A program made the position numbers and the translations under genes. Of a DNA stretch of 64,000 bases, positions 39,641-48,939 are shown piece by piece. This stretch comes from Turneriella sp. Lineage in GTDB: Bacteria > Spirochaetota > Leptospiria > Turneriellales > Turneriellaceae. Each line of letters starts with the position of its first letter. The first letter of the stretch is position 1. The notes beneath the pieces were generated by a model, which was not told the origin of the DNA, did no database searches, and was given only the letters and a program-made list of their open reading frames with translations. The stretch spans positions 768,001-832,000 of the forward strand of contig CBDIID010000003.1 in the NCBI GenBank assembly GCA_965279515.1, read 5' to 3'.

Positions 39641-40916
39641 AGTTGTCATCGTCGGTAACGGTATCACCGGCATCACCGCGGCGTTGGCTTTCCGCCGCGA
39701 GAATAAAAATGCAAAAATCACGGTCGTCTCCGAAGAGACCGAACTGTTTTATTCCCGCACCGCGCTCATGTATGTTTACATGCGGCAACTGACCTTCAAA
39801 GACACGGTCGTACACCCCCTACAATTTTACAAGAAAGCAAAGATCGACCTGCAATTTGCCAAAGTCGCGCGGATAGATTACAGCCAAAAGCAGATTCACC
39901 TCGACGGCGGAAACGCCGTGCGTTACGATTATCTGCTGATGGCCCCCGGCTCGCGCCCGCGCATGCCTGGCCTTGCCGGTGAAAATCTGGGAGGCGTACA
40001 GGGCCTCTATTCCAAGCGGGATCTAGAGCGTCTCGAAAGTATCTCGGCCGCCGGTATTTCACATGCAGTCCTTGTCGGCGGCGGTCTCATCGGTGTCGAA
40101 CTTGCAGAAATGCTGCACACTCGCGGAATTCCGGTAAGCTTTTTAGTGCGCGATGCGCTTTATTTCGGCGGCGTCTTGCCGAAAGAAGAAGCGACGATGG
40201 TAACGCAGGAGATCCAGTCCCACGGTATCGATCTGAAACTGGCGACGGAACTGAAAAGCATCACAGGCGATGGCAGCCAGATCACGGGTGTTATTACCGC
40301 GCAGGGTGAAAAAATCCCCTGCTCCTTTCTGGGAATGACCATCGGCGTCGAGCCCCGGCTCGAATTGACGGCGAATACGCCTATAAAGACGGCGCGCGGC
40401 ATTCTCACCGATGCGTATCTGCAAACCGGCGTTCCCGGGGTTTTTGCCGCAGGGGACGCGGCGGAAGTTGTTTTACCCGAAGGCAGCCGCAAGGTACAAC
40501 AGCTCTGGTATACCGGCCGCATGCAGGGTGAAATCGCCGGGTATAATCTCGCGCAGGCCGTGGCAGGCGGAGCACTGAAAACTTATGATCCGGGCATATA
40601 TTTCAATTCGGCAAAATTTTTTACGCTGGAATACCAGACCTACGGTACCGTGCCCGCCACTGCCTCAGCCGCCGACAGTATTTTGTGGCAGAACCCGGGA
40701 GCTAAAAAGTTAATCCGCATCGCCTTCGCGGCGGAAGGCGCACAGCGCGTCGTCAAAGGCTTCAACGTGCTCGGCGTACGCTACCGACACCAGGTGTGCG
40801 AGGCATGGATTCGCGGGCAGGCACCGCTCGAAAAAGTTTTGTCAGAACTCGACAGGGCGAATTTTGACCCCGAATTCTACCAGCATTTTGAAAATAACCT
40901 GAGGGGAATTGCATGA
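39633..40916 (+). CDS. NAD(P)/FAD-dependent oxidoreductase
   Basis: GNGITG, YSRTALMY, GGGLIGVELAE, AAGD, FNSAKFF. TTG start overlaps the arsS end. Confidence 0.88.
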   Translation: MPEVVIVGNGITGITAALAFRRENKNAKITVVSEETELFYSRTALMYVYMRQLTFKDTVVHPLQFYKKAKIDLQFAKVARIDYSQKQIHLDGGNAVRYDYLLMAPGSRPRMPGLAGENLGGVQGLYSKRDLERLESISAAGISHAVLVGGGLIGVELAEMLHTRGIPVSFLVRDALYFGGVLPKEEATMVTQEIQSHGIDLKLATELKSITGDGSQITGVITAQGEKIPCSFLGMTIGVEPRLELTANTPIKTARGILTDAYLQTGVPGVFAAGDAAEVVLPEGSRKVQQLWYTGRMQGEIAGYNLAQAVAGGALKTYDPGIYFNSAKFFTLEYQTYGTVPATASAADSILWQNPGAKKLIRIAFAAEGAQRVVKGFNVLGVRYRHQVCEAWIRGQAPLEKVLSELDRANFDPEFYQHFENNLRGIA

Positions 40917-41629
40917 AAAAACCGGTACTCGCAGCGACGCTGTTTTTCGGAGCCGCAGCCATGCTGTCAGCCGCGGAACCCGATTATGCCGCCTGGAACA
41001 GGGTGCTCGCGCGCCACGTCAAACCCGGCAGCAAAGCGGGTATCACCGCAAATCTCGTGAACTATGCCGCGCTCGCCCGGGATGCCGATTTTGCTATGGC
41101 GCAGAAAGACATCAGTGCTTTTAATCCTGCGGAACTCAAATCGCGCGCGGAAAAAATGGCATTCTACATCAACGCCTATAACATAGCTGCGGCGGCCAAG
41201 GTCATTAGCCGCTACCCGACGCCCAGCATCACCGCTCAGGGTGACGGTGTCTGGAAAGAGAATGCGATTACCCTGGGCGGTAAGACATTTTCTCTCGACG
41301 CGATTGAAAATACTGTGCTGCGGCCGATGGGCGATGCGCGCATCCATTTTGCCATCGTTTGCGCCTCGTTAAGTTGCCCCGATTTACGCCGCGAGGCCTA
41401 TACCGCGGCAAAGCTCGCAGGCCAGCTCGAAGCCCAGACCAGGAGCTTCATTGCAAATACTTCCAAGGGTGTCCGCATCGAAGGCAATAAAATCCATCAG
41501 TCTGCCATCTTTATCTGGTTTGCGAAGGACTTCAACGATGTGCCCGCTTTTCAAAAGAAATACCTGAAAGCGCTTCCGGCCGCTGGCGAAAGGATTGAAA
41601 TCCCCTATAATTGGTCGCTGAATAACTAG
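40913..41629 (+). CDS. DUF547 secreted protein
   Basis: Signal peptide, AFYINAYN, SLDAIEN, DARIHFAIVCASLSCP, IFIWFAKDF, YNWSLN. Confidence 0.88.
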   Translation: MKKPVLAATLFFGAAAMLSAAEPDYAAWNRVLARHVKPGSKAGITANLVNYAALARDADFAMAQKDISAFNPAELKSRAEKMAFYINAYNIAAAAKVISRYPTPSITAQGDGVWKENAITLGGKTFSLDAIENTVLRPMGDARIHFAIVCASLSCPDLRREAYTAAKLAGQLEAQTRSFIANTSKGVRIEGNKIHQSAIFIWFAKDFNDVPAFQKKYLKALPAAGERIEIPYNWSLNN

Positions 41630-41643
41630 GCAGGTGAACGCAT

Positions 41644-41669
41644 AAAAAAAGCGGCCGAAGCCGCCTTTT
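41644..41669. terminator. bidirectional rho-independent terminator
   Basis: AAAAAAA-GCGGC-CGAA-GCCGC-CTTTT between convergent genes. Confidence 0.75.
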
Positions 41670-41687
41670 ACAAACCTGTAGGGGAAA

Positions 41688-42137
41688 TTACTTCTTTTCG
41701 AGGTTTGAAACTGAAACTGTACCGTCGCCGTTAAAAGTAACTTTTTTGCTTTTTGCAGGAAGAGTCACTTCTTTCGCCTGGCCCTTGGCCTGATCATAAA
41801 CTACATCGCCGCGGACTTCTTTGCCCGCTTTGTCGTAGATTTTCACTTCTTCTGGCTTACCGTCTTTGAAAGAAACAGTTTTTGTTTTAGCGCCGTTTTT
41901 GTCGTCGAAATATTCGACCGATGTGAGTTTCTTGTCTTTGTAAGACGTTACTTTCTCATTCACACCGTTCTGGTTGGCGTCAAACAGCGCTTTCGCTTCG
42001 CTGTCATTCATGGTATCATAACGGCCGATAACTTTACCGGATCCGTCTTTGAGCTGCTGGGTTTTTGCAGATGTTCCGCAGTTCAGCGAAACCGCCGCCA
42101 CTGCGATAGTTGAAATAATAAACGTTGATTTTAGCAT
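41688..42137 (-). CDS. hypothetical lipoprotein
   Basis: Lipobox SLNC, Lys-rich beta-hairpin repeats, AGGAG RBS. Confidence 0.75.
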   Translation of the reverse strand: MLKSTFIISTIAVAAVSLNCGTSAKTQQLKDGSGKVIGRYDTMNDSEAKALFDANQNGVNEKVTSYKDKKLTSVEYFDDKNGAKTKTVSFKDGKPEEVKIYDKAGKEVRGDVVYDQAKGQAKEVTLPAKSKKVTFNGDGTVSVSNLEKK

Positions 42138-42213
42138 GGTATAGCTCCTCTCTTATATGTGTATCGTCAAGTCTTATGCCGATAGTTGAGTTTCCCGGGG
42201 AAACCCGGGCATT

Positions 42214-43653
42214 TTAGAACCGGTAAACCCATGACAGCGACCCGGTAAAAAACAGCCCGGGAGCGGTCTTATCGAAGATGTACTGTGTATGCGAGTTGAG
42301 GCTGATACCCCACTTCGGTCCGAAAAAGATCGCATAGGTAATACCTGCGGAAACCGAGGGTAAATAGAAGGTGATACTGGTAGCAGTATTCTTAATTACC
42401 CCCGCCATGACTCCCCCCATCACATACGGGGTCAGCGCCATTGTCGACCCGGAGAACAGAAACGTATAACCGAAACCGCCCGAGAGGCTGGCGCCGGTCA
42501 GATAATTCACCGGATCTTTTTTGAGGACATAATAGCCTTCGAGTTTAACCTGTGGCTGCAGCCACGGCTTCCAGACTTTCATACCAAATTGCACGTTGAG
42601 CCCCGTCAGTACCCCGAGATTCGTACCGGCGTCGAGAATCCCCTTGCCGCCCAAGACGCCGATGTGCAGCATCGTTACCGAGGCCGAGGTGAGCGTATCT
42701 TTTTTCAGTTCGACTTTCTCGCCTTTGGGGGTGACATCCTGCGAGGCCTTGGCGATACTTTTACGTTTTTCTTCGGGTTTTGCGGTAACCGCATAGACAA
42801 CAGCTGGCGCAGCTTTACCCTGGGCAACCGGGGTGATATTCACTTTTTTATCGCTGACCAGGACAATGAAGGCATTCTTCACACCATAGGCCTCTAGCCA
42901 GTTAATAATTTTGTCCCGCTGCCGGGTTTTTGCATAACCAGTTGCTTTATCTTGCTCTTCTTTGGTTACATTATATTCTTTATAAAACTCGTAGATCGTC
43001 AGGTAACGACCACGGTACGTGGTGCTCAACTCGTCTCTGAGCACCTCAAGTTCCTTTACGGCCGCCTTCTCTTCATCGGCGGTCGTGTATGTAGGCACGA
43101 GAACCAGAATCTTCAGCTCGTTTTGTTTGCTCTTTTCTTTTTCTGCAGCCAGGGCAAAGGCATAGATCTTCTGCACAATATCGCCCGACATACGGTCGAT
43201 GGCCTTGAAAATTTTCGCATCGAGGCTTGAACTGTCTTCAACCACGCCGATAATCTTTTTGCCCTGGGCATTGTAAATAACTGCCTTCATCAGCAGCTGA
43301 TCGCGGGTATCGTTGAGGCGAAAATTCCCGTAAATGAGGATATCTGACTGGGATTCGCGGGCGATTTTATCGGCATCGGCCTGCTGGTATTCACCGCCAA
43401 CATGTTTATACTTGTCTGCCGATGCGCGGACCTTATTCTCATCTTGCCTGACGAATTCGAAACGCGCGCGCATGGAATCATTGATCGCATCGGGTAGGCT
43501 CTTTTCAACCCATTCATGGTTTGCGCTGTCAGAGGCGTTAATGAAGGTCATGATTGCGACGCGCGCCAGGTCTGAGCCCTTAGTTTCTGCGGGTGCTGCG
43601 AGAATCGGACTCAGCAACAGGCCGGAGAGAAAGAGGGCGAAAACGCGTAACAT
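42214..43653 (-). CDS. secreted protein, TolB-N/FlgO-like domain plus C-terminal beta-barrel
   Basis: Signal peptide, VAIMTFIN..W..SLPDAI..ILIYGNF, amphipathic C-terminal strands ending YRF. Confidence 0.55.
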   Translation of the reverse strand: MLRVFALFLSGLLLSPILAAPAETKGSDLARVAIMTFINASDSANHEWVEKSLPDAINDSMRARFEFVRQDENKVRASADKYKHVGGEYQQADADKIARESQSDILIYGNFRLNDTRDQLLMKAVIYNAQGKKIIGVVEDSSSLDAKIFKAIDRMSGDIVQKIYAFALAAEKEKSKQNELKILVLVPTYTTADEEKAAVKELEVLRDELSTTYRGRYLTIYEFYKEYNVTKEEQDKATGYAKTRQRDKIINWLEAYGVKNAFIVLVSDKKVNITPVAQGKAAPAVVYAVTAKPEEKRKSIAKASQDVTPKGEKVELKKDTLTSASVTMLHIGVLGGKGILDAGTNLGVLTGLNVQFGMKVWKPWLQPQVKLEGYYVLKKDPVNYLTGASLSGGFGYTFLFSGSTMALTPYVMGGVMAGVIKNTATSITFYLPSVSAGITYAIFFGPKWGISLNSHTQYIFDKTAPGLFFTGSLSWVYRF

Positions 43654-43815
43654 GACCGGCAGGAATGGACGCTGTGTTGAAATTTCAATCATAAATTTAC
43701 CAGCATTAAAAGGCACATTTTGGGGCCCAAAGGCTAACCGTTTGGTTAATACAAAAAATCGACGGGGTGGTTCCCGATTGTTATATTTTTTCTGAAAATT
43801 CAATAGAATAGCTCA

Positions 43816-44217
43816 GTGAAAACAAAAACAGTCAAAAAAGCTCCGGCCGGTACTAAGGCAGTCAAAGCAGCAGAGCCGATGTTTCAGCCGAAATGCCGCA
43901 ACTGCTCCGGTTTTGAAGAAAAACTCTCGGTTGTAGAGCAAAATCTCGTCAAAGAAGAAGTTTCACTGATGCATAAGCACGAAATCATTCGCCAGATGTC
44001 ATCGCTCATCGGCACAGATGCGCAATCGCTGACACAGGCAGAACAACTCTTCGAAAGCTTTAAGTACATGATCGCGGAGTATGTTGTGAAGCATGAATTT
44101 AACTGCGAAAGCAAACTCTCCGTGCAGATGGTCCTTTGGCTAGAGCAAAAATGCGAACCCGCGGCGATGCATCCTCTGCATGGCATCATCGGCCAGTATC
44201 TGCAGAAGCGCGCCTAA
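43816..44217 (+). CDS. hypothetical protein (CxxC-containing)
   Basis: 133-aa ORF with CRNC filling the intergenic space. Confidence 0.5.
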   Translation: MKTKTVKKAPAGTKAVKAAEPMFQPKCRNCSGFEEKLSVVEQNLVKEEVSLMHKHEIIRQMSSLIGTDAQSLTQAEQLFESFKYMIAEYVVKHEFNCESKLSVQMVLWLEQKCEPAAMHPLHGIIGQYLQKRA

Positions 44218-44262
44218 TCACCATACGGCGCAAGCGCCGATTCGGTCACTGAAGAGCTCGAT

Positions 44263-45228
44263 TCACCTACCCGTATCTGAAGCCTGCCACACCCACGTCA
44301 GTTCATGGCCGTTGTGCCAGAGATGGTAGATCTCAGAACCTGCAATCTGCGCAAAATCGCCCACCACTCTCTTATCTGACATGCCATGGACTTTTAAGGT
44401 GCAGATCATTGCCCTGAGCTTCGGCAGCTGTGTCCATTCACGCACCGAGTTCAAAAGTTTCGCAGGTTCGCAGGCCATATCACTTAAAATAACCGACGCA
44501 GTTTCCAGTAGCGCTGGCGCAGGATGTAAACCGTCGCCGGCGATAAACTTCAGGCGCGGAAACTTTTTCATGAGTTTTTCATCCGGCGCGCTGCGGTCGA
44601 TCATGGTGACCTGGGCACCGAGCGACGCGGCGACATAGCTCCACCCACCCGGCGTGGCGCCGAGGTCGAGCACATGCTCAGCTTTCGCCGGGTAAATGCC
44701 GGTGAGTGTAAGCGTCTCCCAGAGCTTGAGATAAGCCCGGCTCGGCGGCCCGGTTTTGTCTTCGACAAAAGCAATTTTGCCTCCGGCAAAACTCCCCTTC
44801 AGCGGCTGCAGAGTGTAGATGAGGCTCTTGTCGTTTTCAAGCGTAAAGGCTCCGCCCGTGGGATGTACCGCGGCGGGGGAAAACTCCAGGTTCTTTTTGC
44901 TTTTTACCCTGAGGGCTTCGGCAATGAGTTGCCCGCGCCTGAAATGTGCGCCGCCTGCATAGGCCCAGTGGCGGCCGAGGCTGCGCAGTTTTTTCGCCGC
45001 ATCGTTGATTGAATTAAAACTCAGCCGTTCGGCAGCGGGCCAATAGTCGAGAACCCAATACAGCCGCAGGTCACGTTCTGCCCAAAAGATGTTGGGATAG
45101 ATTTCCGCGGGGCGCGCTCCGCTTTGCCTGATCTCGTCGGTAAACTCTTCCCGCAGCTCATCGCGGATAAAATAGACGGCACCCAAATTATCCTTCAAAA
45201 AAGCCGCGGACCTTGCGCAGCTTTTCAA
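44263..45228 (-). CDS. RlmM/FtsJ-like SAM-dependent 2'-O-methyltransferase
   Basis: PPSRAYLKLWE, LDLGATPGGWS, LSDM, CTLK, HLWHN..ELT. Confidence 0.8.
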   Translation of the reverse strand: MKSCARSAAFLKDNLGAVYFIRDELREEFTDEIRQSGARPAEIYPNIFWAERDLRLYWVLDYWPAAERLSFNSINDAAKKLRSLGRHWAYAGGAHFRRGQLIAEALRVKSKKNLEFSPAAVHPTGGAFTLENDKSLIYTLQPLKGSFAGGKIAFVEDKTGPPSRAYLKLWETLTLTGIYPAKAEHVLDLGATPGGWSYVAASLGAQVTMIDRSAPDEKLMKKFPRLKFIAGDGLHPAPALLETASVILSDMACEPAKLLNSVREWTQLPKLRAMICTLKVHGMSDKRVVGDFAQIAGSEIYHLWHNGHELTWVWQASDTGR

Positions 45229-46258
45229 TCCAGCCCTTTTTATTGCCGCCCGGATTGAAGATGACCGGCTTCAGGTCGAAACCGCGCAGGGTGTCGTGGA
45301 CAAATTTGAGGATATAATGGAACACCTTTTCGCGCGCCAATTGGTGCGTCACCAGCACATGGTGCGTGCTCAGATTTTCATCCAGGCTAAACACAAAGGC
45401 GCGTTTTTCACTCGACGAAATCTTGCGGAAGATATAATGCATGTTCTCGATATGCACGGTCTGGTCGCCGGTCGCATGGATAAGACAGGTCGGTTGTTTG
45501 ATGCGGTAGAGCCGGCTCTTTACTTTTTGAATCCCCAGCTTAAACGAATGCAGCGCCGGCAGCGTATAGGCCTCGCCATAACCGACCCAGGGAATCATCA
45601 CCTTCTCTGAGACGCCGCCCTGCGCCTTGGGTATATGTGTAATAAAGTTCTTGAGAATGCCCGACAAGAACAGCCGCGGGTCGCGCACCAGCAGGCGGCC
45701 ATTGAGAAAACCATTGAGCATTACAGGGGCAGAAATACAGATCATGCCGGTGGGGGGCGAATGTTTCTGCACCTGCGTTGCGAGATTCAGGCAAAGATTT
45801 CCGCCCATCGAAAAACCAATCAGGAAAAAATGCCGGAAGCGCGGCCGTTCGCGCAGGTAGATCTCAAGCACGGCAGCGAGCCAGTGTTCGTAACGCGTCT
45901 TCGCGAAATCCTTGATATTGGTACCGTGACCGGGTAAGAGCGGCGCCACAACGGTATGCCCTTCGCGGTGCAACAGGTCGCCGATGTTGCGCATCGTATA
46001 CGGCGAATCTTCAAAGCCATGCACCAGCAGAAAACCGACGTCGGTCGTGCCCTGCAGCCTGAAAGGCTCGGCGCCCCGCATGATCTTGATTGCTGGCGGG
46101 GGTTCCTGAAAATCGCGCGGATTGACTTTTTCGGGCAGACCGTAATGGCCGACGATGAAGACAATGGCGATCAGTACCAGAAGCCAAAACACGAGGGAGA
46201 GAATCTTTTTCCCGCAGACGCGTAAAGAACCTTGCCACGTCCCTGTATCATGGTTCAA
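45188..46258 (-). CDS. membrane-anchored alpha/beta carboxylesterase/lipase
   Basis: TM helix, LVHGF..SP, LPGHGT, GFSMGG. Start is uncertain (TTG 46258, TTG 46315 or GTG 46372, all inside the 57-nt repeat). Confidence 0.8.
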   Translation of the reverse strand: MNHDTGTWQGSLRVCGKKILSLVFWLLVLIAIVFIVGHYGLPEKVNPRDFQEPPPAIKIMRGAEPFRLQGTTDVGFLLVHGFEDSPYTMRNIGDLLHREGHTVVAPLLPGHGTNIKDFAKTRYEHWLAAVLEIYLRERPRFRHFFLIGFSMGGNLCLNLATQVQKHSPPTGMICISAPVMLNGFLNGRLLVRDPRLFLSGILKNFITHIPKAQGGVSEKVMIPWVGYGEAYTLPALHSFKLGIQKVKSRLYRIKQPTCLIHATGDQTVHIENMHYIFRKISSSEKRAFVFSLDENLSTHHVLVTHQLAREKVFHYILKFVHDTLRGFDLKPVIFNPGGNKKGWIEKLRKVRGFFEG

Positions 46259-46424
46259 GCACAGACGACATCCTTGTCGGCTTGAACCTCCGTACATCCG
46301 TGTACCATGGTTCAAGCACAGACGACATCCTTGTCGGCTTGAACCTCCGTACATCCGTGTGCCATGGTTCACGCATAGATGACATCCTTGTCAGCGTGAA
46401 CCACGGCACATCCTTGTGCCATGG
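46236..46424 (-). repeat. 57-nt tandem repeat (3+ units) of GGA-loop hairpins, CsrA/RsmA-site-like
   Basis: CATGG recurs at 46249, 46306, 46363 and 46420. Minus strand has six ACA(A/C)GGATGT hairpins plus one ACAGGGACGT. Confidence 0.85.
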
Positions 46425-46894
46425 ATCAAAGAAAGCGTATTGCCCTTGTCGCGCATGATAACTGCAAACCGGATCTCATCGAGTGGGCCGAATATAACTG
46501 GAGCACACTCGCGAACCACGAACTCACCACCACCGGCACAACCGGCGCGCTGATTGAAAAGGCGATCCGCACGAAAAATGGGGCGACCGCCATGGACCAG
46601 ATCAAAATCCGCAAACTCAAATCGGGGCCGCTGGGTGGCGACCAGCAACTCGGGGCCCTCATCGCCGAAGAGAAAATCGACGCCATCTTCTTTTTTTGGG
46701 ACCCGATGCATGCTCAGCCGCATGACGTCGACGTCAAGGCACTGCTCAGAATCTGTGTGCTCTACAATGTTGTCAGCGCCTGCAACCGCGCCACAGCCGA
46801 TTTTGTCATTTCATCACCATTGTTTTCGGCGCAGTATAACCGTAAGGCCCCGGATTTCAGCGAATATACCGGTCGCTACAATAAGGAGAATTAA
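46421..46894 (+). CDS. mgsA: methylglyoxal synthase
   Basis: IALVAHD, TGTTG, SGPLGGDQQ, FFWDP, PHDVDVKALLR, ACNRATAD. Confidence 0.96.
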   Translation: MDQRKRIALVAHDNCKPDLIEWAEYNWSTLANHELTTTGTTGALIEKAIRTKNGATAMDQIKIRKLKSGPLGGDQQLGALIAEEKIDAIFFFWDPMHAQPHDVDVKALLRICVLYNVVSACNRATADFVISSPLFSAQYNRKAPDFSEYTGRYNKEN

Positions 46895-47336
46895 ACCACG
46901 GCCAGCGTGACCGTTGCGCGCGCGACGAGTTTTTTGCGCGTGCCTTGAAACGTGTAAACGAAAGAATCAGCGATAATCAGGGTCTTGCCGTTTTTTAAAA
47001 CAAAGGCTTCACAGTGTACCTTTTCGCCCTTCGCCGGGCGTAAAAGGTTTATCTTAAATTCTGCCGTTAGCACAATTTTGTCGGCAAAAATCAGCGTCGC
47101 TGCAGCGCCCCCCCCGTGTGATCGGCGATCGTCGCGAGAACTCCCGCGTGAATAAAACCGTTTTGCTGCTGATGTTTTCTCTGAATGATACATTCGGTGA
47201 CAGCACTGCCTGCGGCGACAGAAACCGGCAAAAGTCCCAGATCATTGATAAACGGCGCTGCGTGAAAAATACCGGCCACCCGCGCGGCGAAATCCGGGTC
47301 GAATGGTTTATAGGTTTCGTATTCGTAAGCGGGCAC
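46891..47336 (-). pseudogene. PaaI-family thioesterase split by a frameshift in a G8 tract
   Basis: 5' part APFINDLG..QQNGFIHAGVLATIADHT and 3' part AAAATL..VLTAEFKINLLRPA lie in different frames joined at C8 (47108-47115, + strand). Confidence 0.8.
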
Positions 47337-47346
47337 GGAGCCGTGC

Positions 47347-48780
47347 CTATTTTGCCAGTTCTTCGGCAAGCAGCTTGTTCGCCACCTGCGGATTCACCTT
47401 ACCGCGTGTCTTCTTCATGATCTCGCCCTGCAAATGTTTGAGCGCGCGGTCCTTGCCGGCTTTAAAATCCGCAACGGATGAAGGATGCTCACCGAGCACC
47501 GCGAGTACGATTTCGAGAATCGCCTTCTCATCGCTGATCTGTGACATGCCTTTCTCGTCGACGATTGCCTTGGCCTTTTTGCCGCTCTGTACCATCTCGG
47601 CAAAGACCTCTTTGGCAATTTTACCCGAGATCACGCCTGAATCAATCAGGTGGATTAACTCCGCGAGGTTTGTCGGCGGAAAAAGCGCACTGAGCGCTTT
47701 GTTTTTTTCTTTCACGATCGCCAGCATCTCTACCATCACCCAGTTCGATGCCTTTTTCGCGGGAGCGCCAGCCTTGAGGACTTCTTCAAAATAGAGCGCC
47801 GTATCGCGCTCCGATGTCAGAACGCCCGCGTCGTACTCGGGCAGGCCAAACTCCGTCACATAGCGCGAGCGCTTTTGGTGCGCGAGTTCGGGCAGATCTT
47901 TACGAATGCGCTCGATATCTTCTCTCTTTAAGATAAGCGGAACCAGGTCGGGATCGGGAAAATAACGGTAGTCGTGCGCTTCTTCTTTGCTGCGCATCGA
48001 TGCCGTTGCGTCGCGCGCCGCGTTGTAAAGCCGGGTCTCCTGGGTGACTTTGCCGCCCGACTCAATGAGTTCCGACTGGCGGACAATTTCATACTCGATG
48101 GCGGCTTTGACCGACTTAAAGGAGTTCAGGTTTTTAATTTCGACGCGCGTACCCAGCTTGTCGGTACCTTCAGGGCGCACACTCACGTTCGCATCGACGC
48201 GTAAGCTGCCCTGCTCCATATTACAATCGGAGACATCGATATATTCGAGAATTTTTTTGAGTTCCGTGAGGTAGGCTACTGCCTCGTCGGAGTTGTCGAT
48301 GTCGGGCTCTGAAACGATTTCGATCAGCGGTGTGCCCGCGCGGTTGAGGTCGACATAACTTTCATGCACCGAGGGATCTTCAGAGTGCATGAGTTTTCCC
48401 GCATCTTCTTCCATATGGATGCGCGTGATGCGGATCGTCTTCTTGCCGCTTTCGATTTCAATATCTATTTTGCCTTTGGTGCAATACGGTTCGAAAAACT
48501 GCGAGATCTGGTAGCCCTTCGGCAGGTCAGGATAAAAATAATTTTTGCGGTCGAACTTACTGCGCTCGTGTATCGCGCCCTCAAGCGCGAGGCCCGCGCG
48601 TACGGCCTTGACGACTGCTGCGGCATTCAAAACCGGCAGGGCGCCGGGAAGCCCCAGGCATACCGTCTGCACTTCGGTATTGGCGTCGGCACCAAAGGAC
48701 GTCGCTGCGGTAGAGAATAACTTGCTCTGGGTATTGAGCTGGCAGTGGACTTCGAGACCGATGGTGGGGACGAACTTCAT
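47347..48780 (-). CDS. gatB: Asp-tRNA(Asn)/Glu-tRNA(Gln) amidotransferase subunit B
   Basis: IGLEVHCQL, FDRKNYFYPDLPKGYQISQ, RIHMEEDAGK, DYRYFPDPDL. Confidence 0.97.
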   Translation of the reverse strand: MKFVPTIGLEVHCQLNTQSKLFSTAATSFGADANTEVQTVCLGLPGALPVLNAAAVVKAVRAGLALEGAIHERSKFDRKNYFYPDLPKGYQISQFFEPYCTKGKIDIEIESGKKTIRITRIHMEEDAGKLMHSEDPSVHESYVDLNRAGTPLIEIVSEPDIDNSDEAVAYLTELKKILEYIDVSDCNMEQGSLRVDANVSVRPEGTDKLGTRVEIKNLNSFKSVKAAIEYEIVRQSELIESGGKVTQETRLYNAARDATASMRSKEEAHDYRYFPDPDLVPLILKREDIERIRKDLPELAHQKRSRYVTEFGLPEYDAGVLTSERDTALYFEEVLKAGAPAKKASNWVMVEMLAIVKEKNKALSALFPPTNLAELIHLIDSGVISGKIAKEVFAEMVQSGKKAKAIVDEKGMSQISDEKAILEIVLAVLGEHPSSVADFKAGKDRALKHLQGEIMKKTRGKVNPQVANKLLAEELAK

Positions 48781-48825
48781 GGTTCAGTTTTACGCTTGAG
48801 ATAGGAAGTAAAATTGATTTAAGAA

Positions 48826-48900
48826 CCTAACCCCACCCCCTATCCCCCTCCCCATTAACATGGAGAGGGGGAAAAGAATTAGCTAAAAACCCTCTCCACG
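48826..48900. repeat. REP-like purine/pyrimidine palindrome
   Basis: cctaaccccaccccctatccccctccccattaacatggagaggggga...ccctctccac. Hairpin at 48843-48872. Confidence 0.5.
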
Positions 48901-48939
48901 TCAGGCGTCGGCCAAGAGGCCACCAGCCGATTGGTGGGG

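Noticed and set aside
46236..46424. CRISPR array
   Set aside because: Units are contiguous near-identical 57-mers with no unique spacers, and no cas genes are in the window.
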